From Candidatus Saccharimonadales bacterium (GTDB taxonomy: Bacteria; Patescibacteriota; Saccharimonadia; Saccharimonadales; SZUA-47): a stretch of 64,000 nucleotides of DNA. How positions within the stretch are numbered: the stretch's first letter is position 1; every line of letters starts with the position of its first letter. The stretch is from the NCBI GenBank assembly GCA_038211855.1, contig JBBQVE010000002.1, positions 6,332-70,331 on the forward strand, written 5' to 3'. The position numbers and the translations under genes are program-made. Under the pieces are notes generated by a model. It ran no database searches, was not told the origin of the DNA, and saw nothing but the letters and a program-made list of their open reading frames with translations. Shown one piece after another: positions 19,643 to 28,359 of this stretch.

Positions 19643-20680
19643 ATGATTGTCGTTGTGATAGCCGGAGGATCGGGGACACGCTTGTGGCCACTATCTACAC
19701 CGAATTTCCCAAAACATCTCCTTTCTATAGCAGGCAACAAAAGTCTTCTGCAGGAAACGATCGAAAGGGTTTTGAAAGTCGCAAATGCCGAAAAAATCTT
19801 CGTAATCTCAGAAGTATCACACAGTAAACATGTGCACGATCAAATAATAGAGATACCAAAAGAAAATCTCATTGCTGAACCATGCCGACGAGGCACAGCA
19901 AGTTGTATAGCTTGGGGATTGAGTGAAGTAAAAAAACGAGGCTTTAGCGAAACGGAGCCAGTGTTGTTTCTTTGGGCGGATAGCCTCATCCGTAATAGTG
20001 ATGGTTTTGCAGCGAGTGCACTGAAAGCTGGCGAAGTTGCCGTCGAGAAGCAATCAATAGTCTTTATTGGCGCCGAACCTACTTACCCTTCAACTGGCCT
20101 TGGCTATATGCAAAAAGGCAGTCAGATTAATGGCTGGCGCGGTATTTACGAACTTGAGCAGTTTGTAGAAAAACCAAACAAGAAAAAAGCTGACACTTAT
20201 TTTCAGAGTGGTGATTATCTCTGGAATACGGGGTATCTCGTCGGTACAATTCGTGATTTTGAAAGGGAATTTGATACTGTCGCTCCCGATATGGCAGCTC
20301 GTTATAAAAAGCTGAGCGAAGCCAAGGACATTGTAAGCGCCTATGAATCGCTCGAGAGCAATGCTATAGACTACGTTTTTTCTGAGATGCTAAAGGATGC
20401 GATTGTACTGCAAGGCAGCTTCGATTGGATGGATATTGGTTCATTTGGAGACCTCCACGACGTGAGCCTGCAAGATGAACAGGGTAACTTCATTTATGGA
20501 CCTACAGTTGAGCTTGAGAGTACAACCAATAGCTACATAAGAAACGATACAGAGGTTCCATTGGCCGTTATCGGAGTTGATAATATAGTCGTAGTAAGTA
20601 CGGCTAACGGTGTACTTGTTACAAATAAAAACTATGCACAAAAAGTAGGTGATGTCGCAAAACGACTCCAGACGCCATAG
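19643..20680 (+). CDS. manC: mannose-1-phosphate guanylyltransferase (no isomerase domain)
   Basis: MIVVVIAGGSGTRLWPLS is the conserved N-terminus. The TTG ORF start at 19604 adds 13 unconserved residues. Confidence 0.85.
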   Translation: MIVVVIAGGSGTRLWPLSTPNFPKHLLSIAGNKSLLQETIERVLKVANAEKIFVISEVSHSKHVHDQIIEIPKENLIAEPCRRGTASCIAWGLSEVKKRGFSETEPVLFLWADSLIRNSDGFAASALKAGEVAVEKQSIVFIGAEPTYPSTGLGYMQKGSQINGWRGIYELEQFVEKPNKKKADTYFQSGDYLWNTGYLVGTIRDFEREFDTVAPDMAARYKKLSEAKDIVSAYESLESNAIDYVFSEMLKDAIVLQGSFDWMDIGSFGDLHDVSLQDEQGNFIYGPTVELESTTNSYIRNDTEVPLAVIGVDNIVVVSTANGVLVTNKNYAQKVGDVAKRLQTP

Positions 20681-20694
20681 TTAGAGAGAGCATG

Positions 20695-22041
20695 TTAGGA
20701 TTCGATTATTTTTGTCACGCGACTGACTATGTCGTCAAGTTCGGTGGCCGTTTTGGCCTCGGCGTTTAAGCGCAGGAGAGGTTCGGTATTACTGCCGCGA
20801 ACGTTAAACCAGTAGTTAGGGTAGTTTACTGAAAGACCGTCGAGTTCGTCCTGTTCACCGTCCGAGAAAAAAGACTTTAACTTTGTGAGGATAGCAGCTT
20901 TATCAGTCACCTTAAAGTTAGTCTCACTTATCTGTACATAGGTAGATCGCAACGGCTTGGCGATTTCACTCAGTGGCTTATGAGCGATGCTTGCCAAGTA
21001 GAGGACAATGATTGCGGCAATCATACCAGAGTCAGCACTATAATTATCGGCAAAATAATAGTGTCCGCTGTGCTCACCGGCCATAATCGCCTTATATACA
21101 CGCATTTCAGCCTTAATGTAGCTATGGCCTACTTTTGTCCTTACGGCCGTTCCCCCGGCTCGTTCAATTGCCTCAATGGCTGCTCGCCCACAAATGGCAT
21201 TATGCAATACGACTGCGCCGGGGTGTTTGCTCAGGAAATATTCAGCCAATAGACCAGTAACCACCGTGCCACTTAGGGGCTCTCCTTTTTCGTCGATTAC
21301 AACTGCGCGGTCGCCATCGCCATCAAATGCCAAGCCTGCATCACATTTTTTCTTCTTGACCATAGCTTGCACATCAACGAGATTTTTTGGCTCTAGTGGA
21401 TTTGCGATGTGATTAGGAAATGTTCCATCAGGCTCAAAAAACATCTCGGTGACTGCAAAAGGTACAAATGGTTCAAGCTCAGAAAAAATGGTACCCGCCA
21501 TACCGTTTCCTGCATCAACCGCAACCGAAAGTGGCTCAAGAGCATCGACGTCAACAAAAGACAACACATGTGAAATCCACTCATCGACAACCGATGCAGC
21601 CGTTACCTTACCAAGAGTGGTTACTGTTTTAAAAGAATGATCTTGGACGGCTTTTTTAATGTCTAAGAGACCTGACTCAATCCCAACTGCCTTTGCTTGA
21701 TCTCGACAGAATTTGATCCCGTTATATTCTCCCGGATTATGGCTCGCGGTTATCATCGCGCCTCCGGCCAAATCAAAGTGTCCAACTGCAAAATAAATCA
21801 TGTCTGAAGTAACGCGACCGATGTTCATAACATCACGCCCCTGAGTGGTTAATCCAGTTATGAGTGCTTGAGCGAGCTGTTCAGAATCCGGTCGCATATC
21901 ATAGCCAATTGCAATAACGCCTTCTAGTGGCAACCAGTCGGCAAATGCCTTACCGATTCCAGTCAGGACTTCTTCGTTGAGCTCACTACCCACCTTGCCA
22001 CGGACGTCATATGCTAAAAATATATCATCGAGAACAGACAT
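20695..22041 (-). CDS. phosphomannomutase/phosphoglucomutase
   Basis: Active-site TASHNPGEYNGIKF, metal loop FDGDGDR, and 448 aa. Confidence 0.9.
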   Translation of the reverse strand: MSVLDDIFLAYDVRGKVGSELNEEVLTGIGKAFADWLPLEGVIAIGYDMRPDSEQLAQALITGLTTQGRDVMNIGRVTSDMIYFAVGHFDLAGGAMITASHNPGEYNGIKFCRDQAKAVGIESGLLDIKKAVQDHSFKTVTTLGKVTAASVVDEWISHVLSFVDVDALEPLSVAVDAGNGMAGTIFSELEPFVPFAVTEMFFEPDGTFPNHIANPLEPKNLVDVQAMVKKKKCDAGLAFDGDGDRAVVIDEKGEPLSGTVVTGLLAEYFLSKHPGAVVLHNAICGRAAIEAIERAGGTAVRTKVGHSYIKAEMRVYKAIMAGEHSGHYYFADNYSADSGMIAAIIVLYLASIAHKPLSEIAKPLRSTYVQISETNFKVTDKAAILTKLKSFFSDGEQDELDGLSVNYPNYWFNVRGSNTEPLLRLNAEAKTATELDDIVSRVTKIIES

Positions 22042-22088
22042 TTATCCCCCTTATAGCACTTTTATTATACGTCAGCCCAGCGTTCATT

Positions 22089-23096
22089 TTATTTCTTGTT
22101 AAGTACCAGTTGCCAGTTCCAAGCATCGCGCATAGAATCGTCCAGCGTCCGCTTGGTCTGCCAGCCGAGTACTGCCCGAGACTTGGTTGTATCGGCCCAC
22201 GTCTTCACGACATCGCCTGGGCGGCGCGGCCCGATCTTGTAAGGCACTTTTACGCAGTTGACGCGCTCAAACGTATCGATAAGTTCTTGCACGGTGTTAC
22301 CTTTGCCAGTACCGATATTCAGCACGGTAAAAGGCGTTTCCGTTTTATCGATAAAATTCACTGCCGCCACATGCGCCTCGGCCAAGTCTATAATGTGAAT
22401 AAAGTCGCGCACGCACGTTCCATCAGGAGTGTCATAGTCGTTGCCGTAGACGGTGAGTTCACCACGAAGGCCAGCGGCAGCCTGCGTCAGGAGGGGCACA
22501 AGCACAGTTGTTGTGCCTTTGGGTTGTTCACCAAGTTTACTGCTGGGATGAGCGCCAACAGGATTAAAGTAGCGCAGGGCAATCGTTTGCAAACCAACTG
22601 CCGGAGCGGTGTCTTTAAGGATTTGTTCGCACATCTGCTTGGTGGCGCCGTAGGGACTTTCGGCTGGTTTTAGCGGTGTTTCTTCAGTGACTGGGCAGAT
22701 ATCTGGCTCGCCATACACCGTACAGGATGAAGAAAACACGAGCTTCCCTTTGCCATTTGTCTTCATGATTTCAAGGATGGTGAGTAAAGTTTCGAGATTG
22801 CTTCGATAGTAGCGGAGCGGATCGGCGACGGAGTCGCTGACTGACTTTAGGGCGGCAAAGTGGACGACGGCATCGGGCTTTTCGGCATCCCACACCTTTT
22901 TCATAAAGATTTTGTCGATGGCGTCACCTTCGTAAAATGCCAAGTCGGGAGTCGTCATCTCGCGCAGCGTCTCGATTACAGAAGGCTCGCTATTGTTAAA
23001 ATTATCGACGATAACAGGGATATGACCTGCTTCAAATAGCGCCAAGGTTGTGTGTGAGCCGATATAACCGGCACCGCCAGTGACGAGTACTTTCAT
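22089..23096 (-). CDS. galE: UDP-glucose 4-epimerase
   Basis: MKVLVTGGAGYIGSHT, SSSCTVYG, YGATKQMCE and 335 aa. Confidence 0.9.
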   Translation of the reverse strand: MKVLVTGGAGYIGSHTTLALFEAGHIPVIVDNFNNSEPSVIETLREMTTPDLAFYEGDAIDKIFMKKVWDAEKPDAVVHFAALKSVSDSVADPLRYYRSNLETLLTILEIMKTNGKGKLVFSSSCTVYGEPDICPVTEETPLKPAESPYGATKQMCEQILKDTAPAVGLQTIALRYFNPVGAHPSSKLGEQPKGTTTVLVPLLTQAAAGLRGELTVYGNDYDTPDGTCVRDFIHIIDLAEAHVAAVNFIDKTETPFTVLNIGTGKGNTVQELIDTFERVNCVKVPYKIGPRRPGDVVKTWADTTKSRAVLGWQTKRTLDDSMRDAWNWQLVLNKK

Positions 23097-23101
23097 ACTT
23101 C

Positions 23102-24250
23102 TTATTCTACCGTAGTGTCCTCGTCCGCTTCAGAACTTATCTGCCCAAATTTTTCTTTTGTTGCAGCATTGATGACCTTCTTCATGCGTTTACGGAACAG
23201 CGCAGGAGTGAAGTGGGCGGCTTTTTTAGTGATAACAGTCTCATTCCAGGTTTTTTTCTCAGCCTGCGTTAGGGCTGTTACTAAACTATCAACAGTTTGC
23301 TCATTAAAAAAGAGGCCTGTTTTACCCTGCTGAACATATTCTAGAGCTCCACCGGCTTTATATGCAATCACAGGAGTACCAGCTGCCATAGCCTCGACGG
23401 GTGTAATGCCAAAATCATCAATACAGGGAAACAAATAACCCTTGGCTTCTTGAAAATAGCGGACCATGCGAGCATCAGAGACATTCGTATTAAAGGTTAC
23501 AGTCGAGCCTGCCATTGCTACCAATTTCTCGTGCTCTGGACCGTTGCTGGCAACAATCAAAGGAAGATTGAGCTTAGTAGCGGCAGCGACGGCTAGATCA
23601 ACTCTTTTATACGGTGTTTGACGGGCAGCGACGACATAGGCAGTTCGTTTGGTTTCAGACTTCTTCGTGAAACGTTCTACGGCCACAGGAGGAAAAACGA
23701 CACTCGCATCTCGGTGATAGTACTTCTTGATCTCAGCTGCAATGTGATGTGAATTCGCTACCATAACATCAGGTCGCTGAGCAGCTTTTAAGTCCCAGGC
23801 ACGCATCGGTGCCAGCAGCCATTTCAGGCCAAATCGAACAAAGGGATCGAGTTTACCGAAACCAGGCGTCTTGAGGTATTCTTCATACCGACTCCAATAA
23901 TAGTGTGTCGGCGCATGGCAATAATTGATGTGCAGGACGCCCTCGGGTACTTTGATGCCCTTGGCCTCGGCGCCACTGCTGCTGATCACCACGTCATAGG
24001 CGCTAAAATCGAGGCTCTCAAACCACCTTTGTCGCAAAAAAGGCACGAACTTGCGAATTTTACGGAACAAAGGCCAATCAAGATAGCCCATGATGAGTGT
24101 ACGGTGTTGCAGTTTTTGGTACCACTCATTACTCATGCAGGACGTGTACAGCGGGGCATCAGGATACATTTCTAGCAACTGCTCAACGACCTTTTCGGCG
24201 CCGCCCATCAGCATCCAGTCATGTACAATTGCCACACGCAGCTCTGTCAT
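23102..24250 (-). CDS. glycosyltransferase family 4
   Basis: VAIVHDWMLMGGAEKV N-terminus and C-terminal DDFGITPVEAMAAGTPVIA. Confidence 0.8.
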   Translation of the reverse strand: MTELRVAIVHDWMLMGGAEKVVEQLLEMYPDAPLYTSCMSNEWYQKLQHRTLIMGYLDWPLFRKIRKFVPFLRQRWFESLDFSAYDVVISSSGAEAKGIKVPEGVLHINYCHAPTHYYWSRYEEYLKTPGFGKLDPFVRFGLKWLLAPMRAWDLKAAQRPDVMVANSHHIAAEIKKYYHRDASVVFPPVAVERFTKKSETKRTAYVVAARQTPYKRVDLAVAAATKLNLPLIVASNGPEHEKLVAMAGSTVTFNTNVSDARMVRYFQEAKGYLFPCIDDFGITPVEAMAAGTPVIAYKAGGALEYVQQGKTGLFFNEQTVDSLVTALTQAEKKTWNETVITKKAAHFTPALFRKRMKKVINAATKEKFGQISSEADEDTTVE

Positions 24251-24253
24251 GTA

Positions 24254-25699
24254 TTAATCTACGCGCCTTTCGATAATTCGTTTTAGTACCTGTACGAACG
24301 TTTTTAATAATATGACGATATCGAACCAAAAGCTCCAGTTCTGCACATAATAAATGTCGAGTTTACGCCGTTCTTCAACCGGAATATTATTGCGACCGGA
24401 AATCTGGGCGAGGCCGGTGAGTCCCGATTTGACGCTTAAAATTAGATTCTTTAGAGGATACTCTTCAAGATCACTGGCAATCAAGGCGCGAGGTCCTACG
24501 AGGCTGATATCACCTTTTAAAATGTTAAATAACTGAGGTAGCTCATCAAGAGAAGTAGCACGCAAGAAATTACCAAACTTACCAATACGTGGGTCATTCG
24601 GCAAGAAATTACCGTGCTTTGTGAACTTTTCAAACAGATCTGGACGACCCATTTTTGTAAACGCGTCTACTGGATCGAGGCCGTTGTATTTGTGTCGGTG
24701 TGTGCGGAATTTATAAATATTAAAAGTCGTATTAAAGCGAGTCAGACGTTGTTGTTTAAGCAAAACGTCGCCGCCATCAAAAATCTTAAGATAGAGTGCT
24801 AGCAAGAGCATGATTGGCGAGGTGACGATGATACCTATAATCGATGTCAAGATGTCTAGCAACCGCTTGGCGATGCGCCCCCAGCCGACCAATGCAGTCT
24901 GGTGCACAGATACGACTGGGATGTTCTGGAGCAGCCCGATGTCGACCTTACCAACAAACACATTGTTATTGCCTGGCACAAAACGGTAGGCCATATGGTG
25001 TTCTTGGGCATAGCTCAATATCTCGTCATTCTCATTGGTATCGGCGAACAGTTCGGACTGCACGACACTCTGAATCGTATGTTTTTGGAGGGCTTCGATT
25101 GCTTCCTCAAAACTAGCGAACTGCTTTTTGGCCGGAATGTCTGCAAAATGATGATGGCCGCTGACCACTCCGACGACCGTATAACCGGTAAGTCCGGTAT
25201 GGGAAAGGCTGTGGTAGAGCTCGTTGGTAATCGGTGTGCCACCGACGAGTAGCACATGGTTAACGCCGATGCCGCGGGCAAATAGACTACGCCGAGATGC
25301 CCGCAATAGGGTCCGCGAAAAGAGCACCAACAACATACTGATAATCAAACCATACACCGGTACCAAACGGGCCGGAAAGATGGTACGGTTGAGGACGTAG
25401 CCGCTGGAAAGCAGGAACAAAGTACCTATAAAACTACCGATGGCGATACGGGCGGCCTCGCTAAAGCGGTTCTCATAGACTTCGCTCTTATACATGTTAA
25501 GAAAGCCAAAAATCATCAGCCAGAATGGGAGCAAGACAAGGAAGATAAGTAAGTAGGTGTGCGCCGGAACTTGCGCCGGTAGTGGGCGAGTATCCAATTT
25601 TACACGAATGATATAAGCGAGGATAAAGGCGGCCACCAAAGAGACAAAGTCGCCGATAAGCAAGATAAAGCTATAAAGAAGCGATGAGTTATTTTTCAT
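24254..25699 (-). CDS. undecaprenyl-phosphate sugar phosphotransferase (WbaP-type initiating transferase)
   Basis: N-terminal TM bundle, a central linker and a C-terminal bacterial sugar-transferase domain (SLDELPQLFNILKGDISLVGPRA). The start is taken at MKNNSS; the longer ORF overlaps the divergent gtrA-like gene. Confidence 0.85.
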   Translation of the reverse strand: MKNNSSLLYSFILLIGDFVSLVAAFILAYIIRVKLDTRPLPAQVPAHTYLLIFLVLLPFWLMIFGFLNMYKSEVYENRFSEAARIAIGSFIGTLFLLSSGYVLNRTIFPARLVPVYGLIISMLLVLFSRTLLRASRRSLFARGIGVNHVLLVGGTPITNELYHSLSHTGLTGYTVVGVVSGHHHFADIPAKKQFASFEEAIEALQKHTIQSVVQSELFADTNENDEILSYAQEHHMAYRFVPGNNNVFVGKVDIGLLQNIPVVSVHQTALVGWGRIAKRLLDILTSIIGIIVTSPIMLLLALYLKIFDGGDVLLKQQRLTRFNTTFNIYKFRTHRHKYNGLDPVDAFTKMGRPDLFEKFTKHGNFLPNDPRIGKFGNFLRATSLDELPQLFNILKGDISLVGPRALIASDLEEYPLKNLILSVKSGLTGLAQISGRNNIPVEERRKLDIYYVQNWSFWFDIVILLKTFVQVLKRIIERRVD

Positions 25700-25736
25700 C
25701 AGTGACTTTATTATAACCTGATACACTAGGGTTAGC

Positions 25737-26198
25737 ATGAGCGTAAATAAAAATCTTCGCCGGCGCATCATCCAGTTTGTCGAATACATGGTGGCTGGCG
25801 GTGCCTACTTCTGGACCGGCTATCTTGTATTCTTCTTGCTCGATAAGGGGTTGCACTGGAATTTATTTGCCGTGACGATGGTTTCCAGCCTTTGCGGTTG
25901 GACGGTCAATTTCATGCTGCAGCGCTACTGGGTGTTCAAGAATCCGAAGTCCCGCGAGCACATGGGGCAGACCACTTGGCGTTATATCATCATTACGCTC
26001 GTCGATTTTGGGCTCAATTATCTCATATTATATGGCTTGAATAAGGTGCACATCGGCTCACTTAGAATTAATCCATACATCGGACAATTTATCTCGAGTG
26101 GCTTTTTTACAGTCTGGAACTATCTGTGGTACCGCTATTGGGTGTTTCCTGAGCGTTACCAGCCCAAGCATAAAGGGAAGAAGAAGGCTCGTCGATGA
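25737..26198 (+). CDS. GtrA-family membrane protein (second paralogue)
   Basis: 153 aa. QFVEYMVAGGAYFWTGY, WTVNFMLQRYWVF and four helices. Confidence 0.75.
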   Translation: MSVNKNLRRRIIQFVEYMVAGGAYFWTGYLVFFLLDKGLHWNLFAVTMVSSLCGWTVNFMLQRYWVFKNPKSREHMGQTTWRYIIITLVDFGLNYLILYGLNKVHIGSLRINPYIGQFISSGFFTVWNYLWYRYWVFPERYQPKHKGKKKARR

Positions 26199-26641
26199 AC
26201 CCGTCTATAACCCCGTCGTTGAGACCCACCAAAAAGCAGAAGGAACTACTGGAGTTTATCGAAACGTTTATTAGTATTCACGGCTACAGTCCCAGTTACC
26301 GCGAAATCATGAATGGTCTCAGTTACAACTCAGTGGCGACGGTGGCGTTGCACGTCAATAATCTGATCAAACGCGGCCACTTGATAAAACGTGAGAATTC
26401 CGCCCGCTCACTCGAACCCGTCAAAGGTGCGATTGAGGCAGTGAGTAGCGAAGTATCACCCAATGACGCTGCCTGGATGTTCAAACACGTTGAAGCCCGC
26501 TTCAAAACAGCCGAATCGGCGTTTGAACAACATATAGTTGACGAAATATATGTGTTGATTGGCGCGATAAAAGTCCTCGGTTTCTCGGATCAAGCCATGG
26601 CGTATGTCGTCCGACTCAAACAACTTGAACAAAAGACATGA
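26195..26641 (+). CDS. LexA-type winged-helix DNA-binding domain protein lacking the S24 peptidase domain
   Basis: KKQKELLEFIETFISIHGYSPSYREIMNGLSYNSVATVALHVNNLIKRGHLIK matches the LexA N-terminal domain. The C-terminal 70 aa are helical, with no Ala-Gly cleavage site or Ser/Lys dyad. ATGA overlaps on both sides. Confidence 0.6.
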   Translation: MNPSITPSLRPTKKQKELLEFIETFISIHGYSPSYREIMNGLSYNSVATVALHVNNLIKRGHLIKRENSARSLEPVKGAIEAVSSEVSPNDAAWMFKHVEARFKTAESAFEQHIVDEIYVLIGAIKVLGFSDQAMAYVVRLKQLEQKT

Positions 26642-27477
26642 GAAAACTAGCAATCTTTGATATCGACGGAACGATTGCCAGGCACGGCGTCATAGACCCA
26701 ACCGCGATCGATGGTATCAAGCACCTCCAGTCGATGGGCTACACCACCACGCTCTGCACGGGGCGCGGCTACTTTCCAATGCGAAATGCAATTGGCGCAG
26801 CCTTTCACGAGGTCGTATCCGACGATGCCTTGATTGTACTGGAGCATGGCGCACGAATTGTCACCAAGGCAGGCAAAACGGTTTTTGCTGAGTACCTCGG
26901 GTTTTATGAAATCGATTACATTATTGATTTTATTCGAGCCAACATCGATATTTTGCGGTTCTCTTGGTACAACCCAGAAGACGTGTCGCGAAAATTACAG
27001 ATGTGGCGGAAAGATCCGAATGATGCCGACGAGCTCCACAAAAAACATGGTGACTACTCTGAGATCTTCAGCTGCTCACTCACCGACTACAAAGAACGCC
27101 TTATGACAGAAAAAGTCGCCAACATCGAGGCCCGACTAGCATCGCACGTCAAGGTGCACAATCTAAAGCTGGCACTGACGCACACGCCGGTAAACGTGTT
27201 GTTCCTTGACGATAACATGAGTTTCCTGAAGAACAATATGAATAAGGGGATTGCTATTCTGTATCTGTTAAAACACTTGCATGTTGCATACGATGACCTG
27301 CTAGTTGCCGGCAATGCAATCAATGACGTCGAAATGCTTGATCTGGATGCAGGACGCCGTATTCTGGTCGGCCCTGCCGACGAGCGGACTACGGTTCTAG
27401 CCTATTTGTCGAACCACGAATCTATTATCCAGATCGACTCGCCGACAGACCTCGGTCAATATCTTCAAACGTTTTAG
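26638..27477 (+). CDS. HAD-superfamily (Cof-type) phosphatase
   Basis: LAIFDIDGTI (motif I), TLCTGRG (motif II), GNAINDVEM (motif IV). Confidence 0.75.
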   Translation: MRKLAIFDIDGTIARHGVIDPTAIDGIKHLQSMGYTTTLCTGRGYFPMRNAIGAAFHEVVSDDALIVLEHGARIVTKAGKTVFAEYLGFYEIDYIIDFIRANIDILRFSWYNPEDVSRKLQMWRKDPNDADELHKKHGDYSEIFSCSLTDYKERLMTEKVANIEARLASHVKVHNLKLALTHTPVNVLFLDDNMSFLKNNMNKGIAILYLLKHLHVAYDDLLVAGNAINDVEMLDLDAGRRILVGPADERTTVLAYLSNHESIIQIDSPTDLGQYLQTF

Positions 27478-27534
27478 CTCGTCGTGTACGGAGGCGTGCT
27501 ACAATAAGTAAAGTCAACCATACACGAGGCATAG

Positions 27535-27759
27535 ATGTTTATTAAGGATAAAGGCCATACCATTCGCAATACCGTTCGCGAGAAGCGAGCGGTCGCACAT
27601 ATGACGCAAGATGATCTGGCGACGGCGGTCAATGCAACTCGTCAGACGATAATTTCTATAGAAAAAGGCAACTATGTACCCAGTGTATTGCTGGCGCTTA
27701 AATTGTCAGAAGTGCTCAAACACACAGTCGAGGAGCTGTTCCGCTATGAAAAAATATAA
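27535..27759 (+). CDS. XRE-family helix-turn-helix transcriptional regulator (YozG-like, 74 aa)
   Basis: MTQDDLATAVNATRQTIISIEKGNYVPSVLLALKLSEVL. GAGG lies 6 nt upstream of the ATG. Confidence 0.85.
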   Translation: MFIKDKGHTIRNTVREKRAVAHMTQDDLATAVNATRQTIISIEKGNYVPSVLLALKLSEVLKHTVEELFRYEKI

Positions 27760-28111
27760 GAACGGCTTAGATATTGTTTTGGTGTTGCTTCTGGCCATCA
27801 TTAGTTTGTTTACAATTGCACCGAAGCAACTGGTCATGCCGACTTCCCTCCAAATGGCTTTGTTCGTCATTGCCTTCGGTTTTGTCAGTGCATTTGTGGT
27901 GCTTGTCTGGCGCGAAGATCCAGCCGACGAGCGTGAAGCCGAGCATCAACATGAAGCCAGCCGCGCTGCCTATCTGGCAGGCTGCTCATTGTTGATAGTG
28001 GCGATGGTCGTACAAGGCTTTCGCCATCACCTCGATCCAGTCATCCCACTCGCACTTTTCTTGATGATAGTAACTAAGCTTGGAATACAGAGATATAAAG
28101 ACAAAAAGTAA
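27746..28111 (+). CDS. small membrane protein co-transcribed with the XRE regulator
   Basis: The start at MKKYKNG overlaps the HTH gene end by 14 nt. Four hydrophobic segments. This pairing is common for YozG-type regulators. Confidence 0.6.
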   Translation: MKKYKNGLDIVLVLLLAIISLFTIAPKQLVMPTSLQMALFVIAFGFVSAFVVLVWREDPADEREAEHQHEASRAAYLAGCSLLIVAMVVQGFRHHLDPVIPLALFLMIVTKLGIQRYKDKK

Positions 28112-28118
28112 AGTCAAC

Positions 28119-28147
28119 TTGACATTATCTTCAACCTTTTCTATGCT
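28119..28147 (+). promoter_or_regulatory. sigma-70-type promoter candidate: TTGACA, 17-nt spacer, TATGCT
   Basis: TTGACA at 28119-28124 and TATGCT at 28142-28147 with an exact 17-nt spacer. It lies 30 nt upstream of the ATG at 28177. Confidence 0.5.
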
Positions 28148-28176
28148 TAAGCGGAGATAAATTAAATGGGGGTTCT

Positions 28177-28359
28177 ATGAACAAAAAACAAATGATAGCA
28201 ATCGCGGTCGCATTGGTGCTTGTTTCAGGAATAGGTGCTTATGCCTATGGGCGACATCAAGCAAATGTCGCTGCTCATAATGAGATGATGATGCAGCAGG
28301 ACGCCATGAAGAAGGCTGATGCCGCCAAGATGGGTGATGCGATGGAAAAGGGTATGTAA
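28177..28359 (+). CDS. membrane-anchored Met-rich mini-protein (60 aa)
   Basis: One TM segment (MIAIAVALVLVSGIGAYAY), then a tail with 7 Met in 30 aa (NEMMMQQDAMKKADAAKMGDAMEKGM). The stop overlaps the next start (TAATG). Confidence 0.5.
   Translation: MNKKQMIAIAVALVLVSGIGAYAYGRHQANVAAHNEMMMQQDAMKKADAAKMGDAMEKGM

Noticed and set aside
22011-22673. 220-aa ORF on the plus strand
   Set aside because: It lies entirely antisense to the well-supported galE and pmm genes. Its Arg/His/Cys-rich composition is typical of a shadow frame, and it has no ribosome-binding site or -10 element.
27506-28118. Exact 600-bp spacing between the two copies of the 13-mer
   Set aside because: There is no mechanism to suggest that the round number matters, so I treat it as coincidence. 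Only the promoter positions are reported.
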